Assembly: GCA_965217865.1 (NCBI GenBank) | Contig: CBDCJO010000002.1 | Coordinates: 2,432,001-2,496,000, forward strand | Direction: 5' to 3' | DNA length: 64,000 nucleotides | From: Candidatus Latescibacterota bacterium | Lineage (GTDB): Bacteria > Latescibacterota > UBA2968 > SICM01 | In this document: positions 10,384 through 21,959 of the stretch, one piece after another | Layout: each line of letters starts with the position of its first letter | How positions within the stretch are numbered: the first letter of the stretch is position 1 | Program-made: the position numbers and the translations under genes | The notes under the pieces: generated by a model | The model's database searches: none | What the model was told of the DNA's origin: nothing | The model's input: the letters and a program-made list of their open reading frames with translations, nothing else

Positions 10384-10420
10384 CGCTCAACGAAGGCCGG
10401 GGCGCATACCCCGGCGACAC
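10384..10420 (-). CRISPR. Single 37-nt CRISPR repeat (type I-G/I-C-like) after a leader; the rest of the array is lost
   Basis: GTGTCGCCGGGGTATGCGCCCCGGCCTTCGTTGAGCG with a GCCGGGG/CCCCGGC hairpin, about 200 bp downstream of cas2. Confidence 0.75.
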
Positions 10421-10624
10421 TGCTAATCCTGGGAAAAGGGGGGTTCAAGGCGAAACATGGCCTTTTCGCAAGGCGGGGAGCCGTCGGAGGTGACGTGTTT
10501 GCGGTAGATTCACAGCCTTACGAACGATACCAGTTAAGAGAAATCGGCACAATCGGGAAAAACCGGCCCTATAGACGCCGCTTGTGACGCGGCTCCCCAG
10601 GATCACCGAGGGTTCGCAGATGAG
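10421..10624 (-). promoter_or_regulatory. Probable CRISPR leader
   Basis: Non-coding interval between the cas2 stop and the first repeat. It begins with TGCGAACCTCGG, a start typical of I-C-like leaders. Confidence 0.55.
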
Positions 10625-10915
10625 TCAAAGCACCCAGGGTTGGCCCAACTCGTGAGGTTGGCTCCGACCGAAGCGCAGTCTGGCCTCCTCCAAGCGCCCG
10701 GGGAAGCGATACACGATCACCGAATCACGATGACTGTCGATGACATCCTGCATCTCGTTGATCATGCGAGCCAACCGCTCATGGGACAGGCGACACTCGA
10801 ATACCGATAGCTGCACCCGTTGACCGTACTTCTCGCAGACTTCGGCGATACGCCTGAGTCGAGACGCTCCCAGACCTTCCGTGTTGGCGATGTCGTAGGT
10901 GACCAGAAGGTCCAT
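10625..10915 (-). CDS. cas2: CRISPR-associated endonuclease Cas2
   Basis: LLVTYDI...RLRRIAEVCEKYGQRVQLSVFEC...DSVIVY. Confidence 0.93.
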   Translation of the reverse strand: MDLLVTYDIANTEGLGASRLRRIAEVCEKYGQRVQLSVFECRLSHERLARMINEMQDVIDSHRDSVIVYRFPGRLEEARLRFGRSQPHELGQPWVL

Positions 10916-10918
10916 AGC

Positions 10919-11020
10919 TCACGACATGACGAAGGGTGGATAGGCCGGCAGATCACCGCGCAGATGTCGTGCGAGCAGCGTCGCCTGGGCCGATGGCAAT
11001 GCCCACCTGCCTATCTGTCG
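10919..11020 (-). pseudogene. cas1: Cas1 C-terminal fragment
   Basis: Manual translation QATLLARHLRGDLPAYPPFVMS* ends directly upstream of cas2. Confidence 0.75.
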
Positions 11021-11079
11021 AACTCCAGCGTTTCCGATTCGCCTGTCGCGGCCAGCGCTGTGATTTGATCAGGCGTCAT
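11021..11079 (-). pseudogene. AlbA_2/Schlafen-domain protein N-terminal stub, joined to the cas1 remnant
   Basis: MTPDQITALAATGESETLEF contains the GES.TLEF motif. Confidence 0.5.
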
Positions 11080-11136
11080 AGACCAAAGTCGTCCCTGCGT
11101 TAGTCCGGCACCGATGTCCGCCCGTGACAGATCGGT

Positions 11137-12885
11137 TCATTGGTCAACTCTGCTCGTGCTGGTTTCACCACCGATTTCAACCCATCCGATCAGCTTTGAC
11201 GAGTAGCCTCCGTTCTCAGGGACCAATCCTCGGTGATGAAGCTCGCGCTGGAGCATAGGTTCCAAAGTGTTGTGCAGGAGCTCCCGTCGCTGCTTTGCCG
11301 AAAGGCAAGACTGCCCTGGCGGTCGTTTGAGAAGGTCGCCGCTATTGCGCTCTAACTTCGGGACCCGCCTGCCATCCGCGCCGACGATGAGCGGCTTAAC
11401 AAAGGACCGGTGTTCACCGTTCATGCCTTGAGTGTGAATCAACCACCAAGACGCGACCGCTGGTCCATCGTTCCCGTCCACGGAAACGCCGAGCATCTCC
11501 GGATCAAGACCTTGCCAGCGCTTCAACGCTTCGAGCATCAGTGGGTGGTCAAGCCCCATCAGTTCGAGCCCTGCTTGCTCGCGGGCAAGTTCGCGGTCAG
11601 TGGTGAATTTCCCCTCCGACTTCCCCTCTTGCGAGAGGACGGTAAACGTCTTCTTGTCGAGCCACTTCACTTGCCGTCCGTTTTCCGACATGGCAGCGCC
11701 AAGGAAATGGACAACGCGGTCAAACCCAGCTTCAACGTTGGCGAACGGCTTGTAGTCCTCGAGCGAGAAGCCATCGAGGTCCTGGAACAATTCAAAGACC
11801 ACCTTGCGAGCTTCGGTGGCATTTGACATTGCCGCCTCGAGCTCCTCCTTCGTGCGACGCAGCTCTGGATCGGAGAGTGCTTCCCGGTAAAGCGTGTCGT
11901 AGGTCAAACGCTCCGAAAGCTGCCCGAGGACTTGCAGCCGGAGATCCTCCGCGACGTTGCCAAGCTCATCGACCTTGCCGAGGGTGCGCGCAATCTCCTC
12001 AAGCTTGTCCGTGAGCAGTAGAAAAATCCTGCCCTCGATAGTGTCCGACAACACGAGGTTGTAAACCTGCGCCGTGTGTTTTTGGCCGTATCGGTGGATT
12101 CGCCCGATGCGCTGCTCGACATCCATCGGATTCCAGGGCAGGTCGAAGTTGAAGAGCACGCGTGCAAACTGAAGGTTGATGCCTTCCCGTCCGGCTGCGG
12201 TGCACACAAGCACCCGAGGCCCGTCAGGTCTCTTGAAGCGGCGCTCGGCCGCCAGCTTTGCACCGTGATCTCCACCGCGTAGAACGACCACACCCTGTCC
12301 AGGGTACGAGCCATCAATCTCCCTTCCGAGCAGATCAACTGTGCCGAGATAGGTCGCGAAGATCACGACCTTCTCCATGGGGTTCTGCTCCCACAACGCC
12401 CCAAGGCCACGCAGCAGTTTCTCGACCTTTGTTTCACGTGTCTCTGGAAAGCGCTTCAGTAGGTCACGAATACGCAGTCGTTCCTCTGGCAGCGCCAAGC
12501 TAACCGCCATGACGGCCGCGTCTTCACCTGCCGCTGCAGCTTCCTCACCGGAAGCAGAGTCCGACGCCATGGCGAGTTCCTCTTCGTCCAGTCGCTTGAG
12601 CATGCGGACCTTCAGGTCGGCCAGGATTGCATCGACCTGGCCCTTGGAAACGGCATCGTCTTGAGGGATGCCGTGCTCCTCGTGAATGAGGTCACGCGCC
12701 TCGCCGTAGAGTTCATTGCGGGCATCAATGTCGAGCTGTTGGTCCTTGATGATTGCTTCGTGCAACGTGAGCATCATCAGCCGGCGAGACAGCGTCCGAT
12801 GTACGGCCGCGAAGCTCGATGCCGCGATCTTCTGGAAGATGGTCATCACAAATCCGAGGGCACGCCCCTCGTTGCCCTGGCGCTT
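11137..12885 (-). pseudogene. SNF2-like (HepA/RapA-type) helicase, C-terminal half
   Basis: KVVIFATY, CTAAGREGINLQ, NFDLPWNPMDVEQRIGRIHRYGQ. The Walker A/B half is missing. Confidence 0.8.
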
Positions 12886-15529
12886 TGAGCTGTGCGCCGG
12901 TCAAGGACGAAACCCTGAGCGACATGTCTTGGACCTGAGTTCCGGTGCTGATGCCCCACGACTCAACTCTACCGAGCAGGTTCAGTGCGGATGTCGCGTC
13001 CGCTGCGTGCGGTACGAGATCGGAGACCCCTCCGAAAATACCGCCAGCACCACCTTCCGAAGTTGGAGATGTTCCTCCCCCGACACCTTGATCGCCTTCT
13101 TCCTGTTGCCCGCCGCCACCCGTCGCACCTCCGAAGGTCCCTCCCTCTGGATCGGGTGATCCAGAAGGGGTCGAGACGCCTTCTGTTTGTGGTACAGCCT
13201 GTGGCCGAAGCACGTACGTCTCATCGAGGTGCTTCCCAGTGCCGAGCTTGCCCCGCATCCGTCTCCAGGCGCTGTTTTCATCCTCGTCAGGTGGCACCTG
13301 GAGATACTCCATGCCCCGTAGGTTAATAGCGATATCGCCACGTGCGCAGATGTGGATGATCCGTTCTTTCATTGGCGTCTCGCCTAGCCAAGGAATGCAG
13401 GTTTCACCCGATGCGCGGGGTTCCTGTAGCTCTCGCAGGAGCTTGCCGACAGACTCGTTGTTATCCGCCGCGGCACCAACCAGTGCGTCGAAGTCTTCGG
13501 GGATGAAGAGATTAGTGCGAATGTGTTCGTCTACTGCACCGGGAATCTTAGCGCCCAGAGACTTGTGGGCCTCGACGTGAAGAACGCACTTTGCTGGCTC
13601 CTGGAAGTTCCACGTGTCGAGGATGGCGAAACGGTCGAAGCGCCCGTTTAGGATGCCTCGCAGTTCTCGCTGGTACTTGGTGAACAGTCTTCCGTACTCT
13701 GGACTTTGCGTTCTCCATCGTTCAGCCAAGACCACAGCGCGAGAGAGAATCAACAGTTCGTGGTCAAGGAAGATGTCGGTGCTGCCGACCCTTGGAAGGA
13801 GGAATCGCACAGCGTTTCTCCGAGATTGCAGATGGTTTCGAAGCCACGGTCCCAGCGCGGGTCCCACGGCCTCCGGGCTGGCGGGGAGCACCATCAACGG
13901 CAGACGCTCGTCCCAGCTTTGAGGTTTGTCGCCGTCTTCAACGGATTCCCAGGGTGCCGTTGACCAATTCGATGGAAGCACGACCACTCTGAACGCCTGG
14001 GATACACCCTCCTGCCCGCCAATGACGTAGCGGACTTCCTTGGCAAGCTGTTCTTGATCCGCTCCATCCGTGAAGAGTTTGTCGTTGCGCGCGTTGGCGA
14101 TGAGCTTGGCCTGAGGATTCTCCTCTTCTCTGAATACCAGCCGGGTGCCGTCCTGGTGGATGTTGAAGCTGTTCTCCTCGATATTCGCCAGCTCCACTTT
14201 GAACTGGTTGTCGTCAATGCGTTTGCCACGCGTAATATCGACCTGCAACATCTCGGGTTCGGCACCTGCCATGTTCCCCACCGAAAGAGAACGTAACCAC
14301 AAGGCCGCGACAATTTCTGCCAGGTGTGGCACATCGGAATCCGGATTCGCCACTGCATCGAGGACGGCAGACAGGTTGCGTTGCGCCTTCTCTCGCAAGT
14401 CAGTGTGGTGCTGATTCGATACGGAATCGAGAAGTGCCACGATGCCACTCTTCTCATCGTCGAGACGAAAATCAGCAGCGGTAATGACAGGGCTGTCCTT
14501 GTGCTGCTTGAATAGGTCGGTGAGAATGCGGATGAGGTCTCGAGTCTCCTGTGCTTGCGTGGCCACGAGCACCTGATCTTCGAGGAGTTGCATGAGATGT
14601 GGGGCGTATGGCCAACACTCGCGAAATTGCTGTCGGATCTGGCCGTGCTCCGAGGGCGGCACTTTGCGGAGCCGCAGATATTCAGAAACGTGGACACTGA
14701 TTATTAGTTCAATCTGCGACTCTGACACCTGCATGCGGTTCTCGAACAGGCGGTGGAGGAGCAGCTTCTGTCGGTCTTGCTTCGCGGTTGGACTCTTGAA
14801 ATCGACCAGTATTGGCCCCACGCGTTGGATCTGCTGGAAAGCGTCTGTGCTGCCGTCTCTCACCGACACGACCAATACGAGTAGGTCGGGGTGTTCCTTA
14901 GCGATTTCAGAAAGGAGTTGAATGAAGTTGAAGGCCCACGTTCGCCACGGATACTGTTTGGTGTTCGTCAGGCCGTCGTACCAGGTCTGAAATTCGTCAA
15001 GAACCAACGCTGTCGGCGTGTGCCTGAAGAGCTCAATAAGAAGCTCGTAGCTCGGCACTTCCGTCTTTTTCTCACCGAGTCCCTTCCACATGCCGCGAAC
15101 TTCGGGTCCGTAAGGGTGACGTTCGAAGATGAGGTCCCATAGGAACTTGTAGCTTTGGCGGTGAAGGCTCTCACTGACGACGTGCATCCCTTCACGGAGC
15201 GGCAGTTTGCCGAGTTTGGATTTGCCGAGACGATCCTCCCAAGCTCTTAGCCAGTCGTGCGTGGCACCAAAGTTGGTGAATGCGTGATGCAGCATCGCCA
15301 TCAAGTGAGACTTGCCCTGGCCGCGCTCGCCGATGAGGACGAGGGGCCGACCGTGACCCGGTCCCACGGCTTCAATCGCTTCAAGCGCGTCCGCCGACGG
15401 ATAAGTGATCTCCAGAAAGTCCGATGCCGAGATCTGCGTGGCGCCTGTATTACTCGAATTCGCCAGCTCGATAGCGGTGCCTTTTAGGCGGCGACTTTGA
15501 AACTCCTGTCGCAGTGTAAGTTTCAACAT
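12886..15529 (-). CDS. DUF499-family AAA+ ATPase, C-terminus fused into the helicase remnant
   Basis: FLEITYPS, GERGQGKSHLM, LVLDEFQ, LHRLFE, WPYAPHL, QETRDLIRIL. Confidence 0.75.
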
Positions 15530-15532
15530 TGG

Positions 15533-15769
15533 TCAGTCCTCCCGACTGATGGCCGACGGTTTCGCGCTATCGTTGGCGGGCTGTGCGCCAGCAGCATTGG
15601 TCTTCACCTCGATCCAGGAGTCGATTGCCGTTCGACGGAACCGCCACTGGCCGCCGACCTTGAAGGCAGGCAAGTCGCCCTTTCGGACGAGGCTGTACAC
15701 GGTCTTCTCTGTCACCTTGAGGAGGCTGGCGACATCGGGGATGGTGAGGACATCATCTTGGCTCGTCAT
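15533..15769 (-). CDS. Excisionase-like helix-turn-helix protein (HTH_17)
   Basis: LTIPDVASLLKVTEKTVY...LPAFKVGGQWRF. Confidence 0.85.
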   Translation of the reverse strand: MTSQDDVLTIPDVASLLKVTEKTVYSLVRKGDLPAFKVGGQWRFRRTAIDSWIEVKTNAAGAQPANDSAKPSAISRED

Positions 15770-16008
15770 AGCTACCCCACCGGAACGATTCTTGGGAAGA
15801 CATGCCCATATTCTAGCAAAATATGGAAAATACGGGAAAGCGTCAAGGAAACTTCATCGACGAGATCAGACCCACATCACGACTGGGACGGATGTTGCGC
15901 TGACAACTTCAGCACCACCGCCGATGAATTCTGGGCCGGCCGCTACTCTGGCCAGCAGCCCGACACGATCCTGCGCCGCTTGATGCCGGTTGTTTCGACC
16001 GTGTAGAC

Positions 16009-16262
16009 CTAGGCGAGCTCGTGGGCTCCATTCACCGCGACCAGGACAAGCACCCGCCGATAGAGGCTGGAAGCGCCCGGGCGGAACCCCTCGAGGCGGT
16101 CGATGGCGGGCAGGCGGGACTCAGGGTCGTCGAAGGTGAGCAGCTCCCCGTACACGGCGCCCCAGGCGCCCGTTGTGGCGCATTCGGGCGCCGATCGGGA
16201 GTCTGACCCCACCCAATCGGACAGCCCCGCCTGTGTGGCTACATCAGCCAGATGATTGGCGG
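16009..16262 (-). pseudogene. Gamma-glutamylcyclotransferase-like fragment
   Basis: WGAVYGELLTFDD...LPAIDRLEGF...YRRVLV. Confidence 0.55.
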
Positions 16263-16541
16263 TGCCGTAGGCAAGGATAGAGAGAAAGCACGGGTGCCTG
16301 TGTGCTGCGTGCGGACGGCCTGCTCGAGAAGACGGTAGAAGAGCAACCCTCTGGATCGGGAGCTGCGCCGGTTGAAGCGGAACGTTTTCTTTCCTTACTA
16401 TTTGTCCAATCAATTTATTTCCTTAAGTGGTATATATAAGTTATCAAACAATGTCCAAGGCTCCAGCGTCGTTGTACTTCTCCCAGGGTGCTGCAGCCTC
16501 TAAACCAGAGCGCCAAACATAATATCCCAACCAGCCCCATT

Positions 16542-19088
16542 TTACCGAAGAACGAAGGATGTCTGTCTGCTTACTCCAATCCCACTGTTCAGGTCCGTAA
16601 CGGTCACCTGAAGGGTATGGTCCCCCTTTTTCCCCTTCCTCAAATCCAGCGCTGTGTGGATTATCTCCTGCGTCGTCTCTCCCCTTGACTCGTGGGAGGT
16701 GGTGACCTCGTCCTCCTTCTTACGCCTTCCGATCAGCCGTCCGAGGCCCGACAGGATGGGATTACCGATGCCCCCCTTCAGCCTTCGCAGAGTATAATCG
16801 ACCCGGTAGTGCGTCCGTCCCTGTGCGTCCCGGGTGAGATTGTAAATCTCAAAGTAGAGGAAGACATCTTTATTCCGTTTGAAGGTCAGGGAAGGCATGG
16901 GGATCACCTCCAGCCCCTGTTTCACGAACTTACCTTCCTCTGTAGCCGATTCAATCCTACGGGCCATCTCGATGCCGCTCATCCGGAGGCTTTCTCCCCC
17001 ATAACCCTCCACGCGGAGGCTGTCGCGTATCACCTGCGTTCGTTTGGACTTCAGGTCTCTGACCTTCACCGCCATAAAATAGTCGCCCGGCTGCAAGTTG
17101 AACGCCGTTACATCCAGGAGCTCCTCATCGAACCCCGGCAGAACTTGGAGCGGTGAACGGTCGATGGAGCGGTGAACCTCTCGCCACATCTTGTCGTACA
17201 CGACCACCCACCGCTCCCCCGGCCATCCCTGCTCCGTCGGGGTGATCTCTTCGACGGGCACTTCAAGGTAGATCTCCACGTGTGAGCTGTCGCGGCTCCC
17301 CCGGAAGTCCACTGTGGCCACGTGAGACGTGAGCGGCTCTGTCAGATCCTCAGGCAAGTACAGCGACCGCGCCTTTGATTTGAGAGCGCGAAAGACCTGC
17401 TCGGGAGCCTCTTCGCGCACCTTGGTTCGGAACTTTCCCACTGCTGCCGTTGGAGCCATTGGAGTATAGATCGTGGGAATCGGGGCAAAGTCATAGTCAT
17501 ATCCGTGGAATTCGTCGGTGAACACAAACTCGATCCCCCCCTCGATATGAGGGTAGATCCAACTCTCCCACAACTCAGAGGTGTTTCCACCCGCCGCTAT
17601 AATGGTGTAGCCAGGCCCGTAGGCCTGTAACGGATAGACCGGACCCTGGTGGAGTCCCATGTCCGTAGTCAGATTGTTTGAATTTGAAGGGAAAAACCTA
17701 CTAAGATTATTTTTCGAAGAAAGACTGTCGACCTTGAACCTACCAGAATTACCTTTCAGAAACAAAAGGAGGTCATGGATATCCGTTCTCATTCCGCCGT
17801 AAATGCGGGTCGCTTGTCGCTGCCGCACGGCCTGTACCTTCCGGTCCATCGCCTTTTGGAAGTTGCCCTCCCACGACCGTTGCCGGAAGTATGGTTCCCC
17901 GTAGCGAATGTAGATCTCCCCACGCCGGTCCCACGGTGTCCGTCCCTTGGAGAACTGCGTCCGGGCAACCCACACGCGCCGATAGTGCTCAAGACGCCGC
18001 TTGTTAACCCCAGTTATCAAGTCTATGTCCCGCCGCGCCCAGAACTGCCGCAGAAACTCAGGGGTATCCTCCGGCTTGATGGCATTAAATGCCTCTATCT
18101 CCTCCGGCGACCCCACAAGCGAAATGTCATTGTAGAATGCTCGCTCCTGAGGGTTGACCCGGTCCAGATAGGCTCGAAACACAGCCTCCGCGGGCCCCAA
18201 CCGCTCCTTCTTCAGGTGGGCTTGCCCGATCAGGGGCAAGAGACGGATCTCGTGAGGCCGCTTCTTGAGGTAGGACATTAACACGGTAATCCCAGTGTCC
18301 TCCCCACCCGAGAGAAACTTGAGCTCCTCCCTTCGGACCAGGAGGTCCGGATCATCCGGATTTGCTTTCAGGCCGCGCTCACACCATTCGAGGGCTTCTT
18401 CGAGACCGTAAGGCTTCTGCTCAGCCCACTCGGAGAGGAGGAGGTAGGCCGGTGTGTACTTCGGATCCGCCTTCACAAGGCGCTTGAGCTCGGATCCTGC
18501 GTTCCCCTCTCCCAGGCTGTGCAGGACGAGGGCGAGTCGATAGCGGGCATCTGACATCTTCGGGTCGCGGGCAATGGCCTCCCGGAACCGGTCCGGAGCC
18601 TCCCGCTTCCGGGATCGGTCCCCCGCAGCCGCGACTATCCCCAGGCCAAACCATGACGCCGCGGAATCGTCGAGGTGGCGAGCCCGATCAAACGCCTCCT
18701 CCGCCGCATCGAGCTGTCTTCCGCCCAGATAGATCGCACCCAGAGTCCGTTGTGCGGCAGCGGCCCCTTCTGGATCCCCCGATTCCGACAGCAAGGTGGC
18801 CACCTCCACCAGCGAATCCATGTTCACCGGTTGAACTTCAGGTGACCCTTCACTCGAGGGTTCGACTCCCTGACCAAAGGCCTGGTTGCTCACTTTCACA
18901 GGCGGTGCGACGTTCATCAACGAGTCGAGCTCCGCCTGTAAGGAGTCCAGAGCCACAGCTAATGAGTCCGGGGACTCAGCGCCTGCATTGGGGGCGATGA
19001 AGGCTATCCCTGTGACCGCGAGGCTCAACGAGATGAAAAGATGAGCAATCACTCGTGCGGTTTGAGAAAAGGTGCGTGATGGACACAT
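16542..19088 (-). CDS. Exported TPR plus GWxTD-domain protein
   Basis: Signal peptide, TPR-like repeats, FWARRD...EHYRR...WDRRGEIYIRYGEP, WESWIY, FVFTDE, and a C-terminal Ig-like domain (LYFEIYNL). Confidence 0.8.
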   Translation of the reverse strand: MCPSRTFSQTARVIAHLFISLSLAVTGIAFIAPNAGAESPDSLAVALDSLQAELDSLMNVAPPVKVSNQAFGQGVEPSSEGSPEVQPVNMDSLVEVATLLSESGDPEGAAAAQRTLGAIYLGGRQLDAAEEAFDRARHLDDSAASWFGLGIVAAAGDRSRKREAPDRFREAIARDPKMSDARYRLALVLHSLGEGNAGSELKRLVKADPKYTPAYLLLSEWAEQKPYGLEEALEWCERGLKANPDDPDLLVRREELKFLSGGEDTGITVLMSYLKKRPHEIRLLPLIGQAHLKKERLGPAEAVFRAYLDRVNPQERAFYNDISLVGSPEEIEAFNAIKPEDTPEFLRQFWARRDIDLITGVNKRRLEHYRRVWVARTQFSKGRTPWDRRGEIYIRYGEPYFRQRSWEGNFQKAMDRKVQAVRQRQATRIYGGMRTDIHDLLLFLKGNSGRFKVDSLSSKNNLSRFFPSNSNNLTTDMGLHQGPVYPLQAYGPGYTIIAAGGNTSELWESWIYPHIEGGIEFVFTDEFHGYDYDFAPIPTIYTPMAPTAAVGKFRTKVREEAPEQVFRALKSKARSLYLPEDLTEPLTSHVATVDFRGSRDSSHVEIYLEVPVEEITPTEQGWPGERWVVVYDKMWREVHRSIDRSPLQVLPGFDEELLDVTAFNLQPGDYFMAVKVRDLKSKRTQVIRDSLRVEGYGGESLRMSGIEMARRIESATEEGKFVKQGLEVIPMPSLTFKRNKDVFLYFEIYNLTRDAQGRTHYRVDYTLRRLKGGIGNPILSGLGRLIGRRKKEDEVTTSHESRGETTQEIIHTALDLRKGKKGDHTLQVTVTDLNSGIGVSRQTSFVLR

Positions 19089-20001
19089 AATCTCACCCCC
19101 TTAGGAATTACAGTCCTTATGTCCAAGAAAGACAATTTTCATCGAACATCTACTACATATACTGAACCGTGCTCTTTCGCCACAAAAAGCTCGACGCTAC
19201 GGATCGATCCAACCTGTTTATGCGTTCATCTACCGTTTTCATGTTGCCCCCCACGCGTTGGATGTGCTTCAAGGCGTGAATCCTTACAGCTCATAATGCC
19301 GCCATCGCCACCTTTACAGCATCCTCAGCTTATCCCGCTCGTACATGAAAAATGTACGGGACGTATTTATGGGGGGGCAATGGTTAACAAGGAAGGAGCG
19401 TCAAGCCTAGAACCAAAAGTTGTACGATATTTAACACTTTGGACGGAAACCGGCACCAAATTGGTATACGACGACAAAGCGCGATGGACCTCTGTCCGGG
19501 GGGGACAAAATTGGGCTTGGAGATCAATGCCAAGGGGTTAACACCCCTTAATTTTTCCTTCTTGTCCCTTTTTAAACCTTGTAAGTCACCAAAAAGTTCC
19601 ATATCTATCTCGCACGGTCGGCCCGGAGAAGAGGGCCCCTTTCACAACCGTCGATTCCAGTCTGAAAACCAACGTAGCCCGCGCAGCGATTGCGGCTAGA
19701 TCACGAATATATTACTGGGCACACATCGGGGTTTTCCAGATCCTCGGTGCAAGGCCAAGGAAGCGTGGCCAGTTGCTGTGATTTTTCCGTGCGCAGATGC
19801 AAAGCAGGGATATCCTCTCGACTCAAAATGCCAAAAGCCAGCATCCTTCAAGACACGTTGACGGGGAATTTTTGTTTGATTTCAACCTGTTGAGGGCGTA
19901 TATTGTTCCGAAGTTCCGGGTGATCTCGACGGTTTTGCGTAGATTTTTCGTCATTGATTCACCAGATCGGTTCAATCAACGGGAAAAGGAGAGTGCTTTT
20001 T

Positions 20002-20985
20002 ATGGCCGATAATATGCCTTTCGATTTAAGAGATTTCAAGCCGCCGAACATTCAAGCCCGGACGTTTGTTTGGATTGTGCTGGGAATCCTGATCCTGATC
20101 CTTCTGTTTTCTTCCTGGTTCACTGTGGACCCTGAAGAGGTGGGAGTGGTTCTGCGCTTCGGAGAGTTTGTCCGCCAGGAGGAGCCTGGTTTACATATCA
20201 AAATCCCCTTCGGCGTCGAAACCGTTACCAAAGTTCCTGTTGAGCGGCAATTAAAGGAGGAATTTGGATTTCGGACCCAACTTGCGCAGATTCAAACCCA
20301 ATATTCTTCCCACCGGAGTTATCAGGAAGAATCATTGATGTTGACGGGAGACCTGAATGCGGCGCAGGTGGAATGGATTGTTCAGTATCGCATCAAAGAC
20401 CCGTATAAATATTTGTTCCGGGTCAGGAACGCACGCAAGACTTTCCGCGACATCAACGAGGCGGTTATGCGTGAAGTGGTCGGAGACCGCACCGTGAATG
20501 AGGTGTTGACGATCGGTCGGCAGGAAATCGAACACGCAGTTGCGGTGAATCTGCAGGCCCTGTGCGACCAGTACGACACGGGGATCAAAGTGGACCAAGT
20601 GGTCCTTCAGGACGTGAATCCTCCCGATCCGGTGAAACCCGCGTTCAATGAGGTGAACGAAGCGCAACAGGAGCGCGAGAAATTGATCAACCAGGCGCGC
20701 TCGGCATACAATCAGGTGATTCCCAAGGCCCGGGGCGAGGCCGCCCGGACAATCGAAGAGTCCAAGGGTTATGCACTGGAACGGGTCAACCAAGCCCGGG
20801 GGGAAGCGTCCAAATTCAACTCCGTATTCAGGGAGTATTTGCGGGCAAAAGATGTCACCCGGCAGCGAATTTACCTGGAGACGATGAATAAAGTCATGCA
20901 AAATGTCGGTCGAAAATTGATTACGGACGAAAAGGCCTCCGGGATTCTCCCTCTGTTCCAGTTCCAAAAGGAGGAAAGAAGATGA
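20002..20985 (+). CDS. hflK: FtsH modulator HflK
   Basis: TM segment plus SPFH domain: GVVLRFG, SLMLTGDLN, QDVNPPDPVKPAFNEV, TRQRIYLETM. Confidence 0.92.
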   Translation: MADNMPFDLRDFKPPNIQARTFVWIVLGILILILLFSSWFTVDPEEVGVVLRFGEFVRQEEPGLHIKIPFGVETVTKVPVERQLKEEFGFRTQLAQIQTQYSSHRSYQEESLMLTGDLNAAQVEWIVQYRIKDPYKYLFRVRNARKTFRDINEAVMREVVGDRTVNEVLTIGRQEIEHAVAVNLQALCDQYDTGIKVDQVVLQDVNPPDPVKPAFNEVNEAQQEREKLINQARSAYNQVIPKARGEAARTIEESKGYALERVNQARGEASKFNSVFREYLRAKDVTRQRIYLETMNKVMQNVGRKLITDEKASGILPLFQFQKEERR

Positions 20986-21923
20986 AAGCCGTCTGGGGGG
21001 TTCTCGGGCTGATCGTATTGATTGTCGTCATATCATCAGCGTATGTGGTACAAGAGACCGAACAGGTCGTGATTACACAATTCGGAAAACCGGTTGGGGT
21101 TCCGATTACCGATCCGGGGCTTAAGTTTAAAGTTCCGATCATCCAGGTCGCCCATTTTTTTGAAAAGCGGTTTTTAGAATGGGACGGGGATCCTAACCAG
21201 GTGCCGACCCGAGACAAGAGATTTATCTGGGTGGACACCTATGCGCGTTGGCGGATCGCGGACCCTCTGCTGTTCTTTCAGAGGGTTCGGGACGAGCGCA
21301 GGGCCCAGTCCCGGTTGGACGATGTCCTGGACGGAGAGACCCGGAATGCGATCGCAAAGCACGATCTTGTCGAAGTCATCCGTACTTCCAACCGGACACC
21401 AAAGGCCAGCCAAGACCTGACCGAAGGGGAGGAGGCCGAGACCTTTCCTCGTATCGATATCGGGCGTGAAAAGATCACGCGCGGGATTCTGGAAACGGCT
21501 GCTCCGCGTACCGCGGAGCTCGGTATCGAACTGCTGGACCTTCGGTTCAAACGAATCAAGTATGTGGAGGAAGTTCAGAAGAAGATCTTCGAACGGATGA
21601 TTTCGGAGCGACAACGAATCGCGGAAAAATTCAGGTCTGAAGGTCAGGGTGAGGCGAGCAAGATCATGGGCGATAAAGAGCGCGACCTGAAACAGATTCA
21701 ATCCGAGGCCTACAAGACCGCGCAGGAGATCATCGGGAAGGCGGACGGTGAAGCCGTGGCGATCTACGCGAGGGCCTACAATCAGAGCCCAGAGGCGCGT
21801 GATTTTTACGGTTTCTTGAAGACTATGGAGACTTACCAGACGACGTTGCTGGATAAGGACTGGCTGATTTTATCCACCAAGGGAGACTTTTTAAAATACC
21901 TTCAAGACCAAAGGGGGAGATAG
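20982..21923 (+). CDS. hflC: FtsH modulator HflC
   Basis: ITQFGKP, TRDKRFIWVD, WRIADPL, RMISER, RSEGQGE. ATGA overlap with hflK. Confidence 0.92.
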   Translation: MKAVWGVLGLIVLIVVISSAYVVQETEQVVITQFGKPVGVPITDPGLKFKVPIIQVAHFFEKRFLEWDGDPNQVPTRDKRFIWVDTYARWRIADPLLFFQRVRDERRAQSRLDDVLDGETRNAIAKHDLVEVIRTSNRTPKASQDLTEGEEAETFPRIDIGREKITRGILETAAPRTAELGIELLDLRFKRIKYVEEVQKKIFERMISERQRIAEKFRSEGQGEASKIMGDKERDLKQIQSEAYKTAQEIIGKADGEAVAIYARAYNQSPEARDFYGFLKTMETYQTTLLDKDWLILSTKGDFLKYLQDQRGR

Positions 21924-21959
21924 TCAGAGGCCAGAGTTCGGAGGTCGGATGTCAGGGAA

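Noticed and set aside
12725-12885. C-terminal ~55 aa of the 934-aa DUF499 ORF
   Set aside because: It is out-of-frame read-through into the helicase remnant.
19100-19950. Long intergenic region with short ORFs and small palindromes
   Set aside because: No recognisable protein motif, tRNA or convincing RNA fold. It is probably divergent promoter DNA plus debris.
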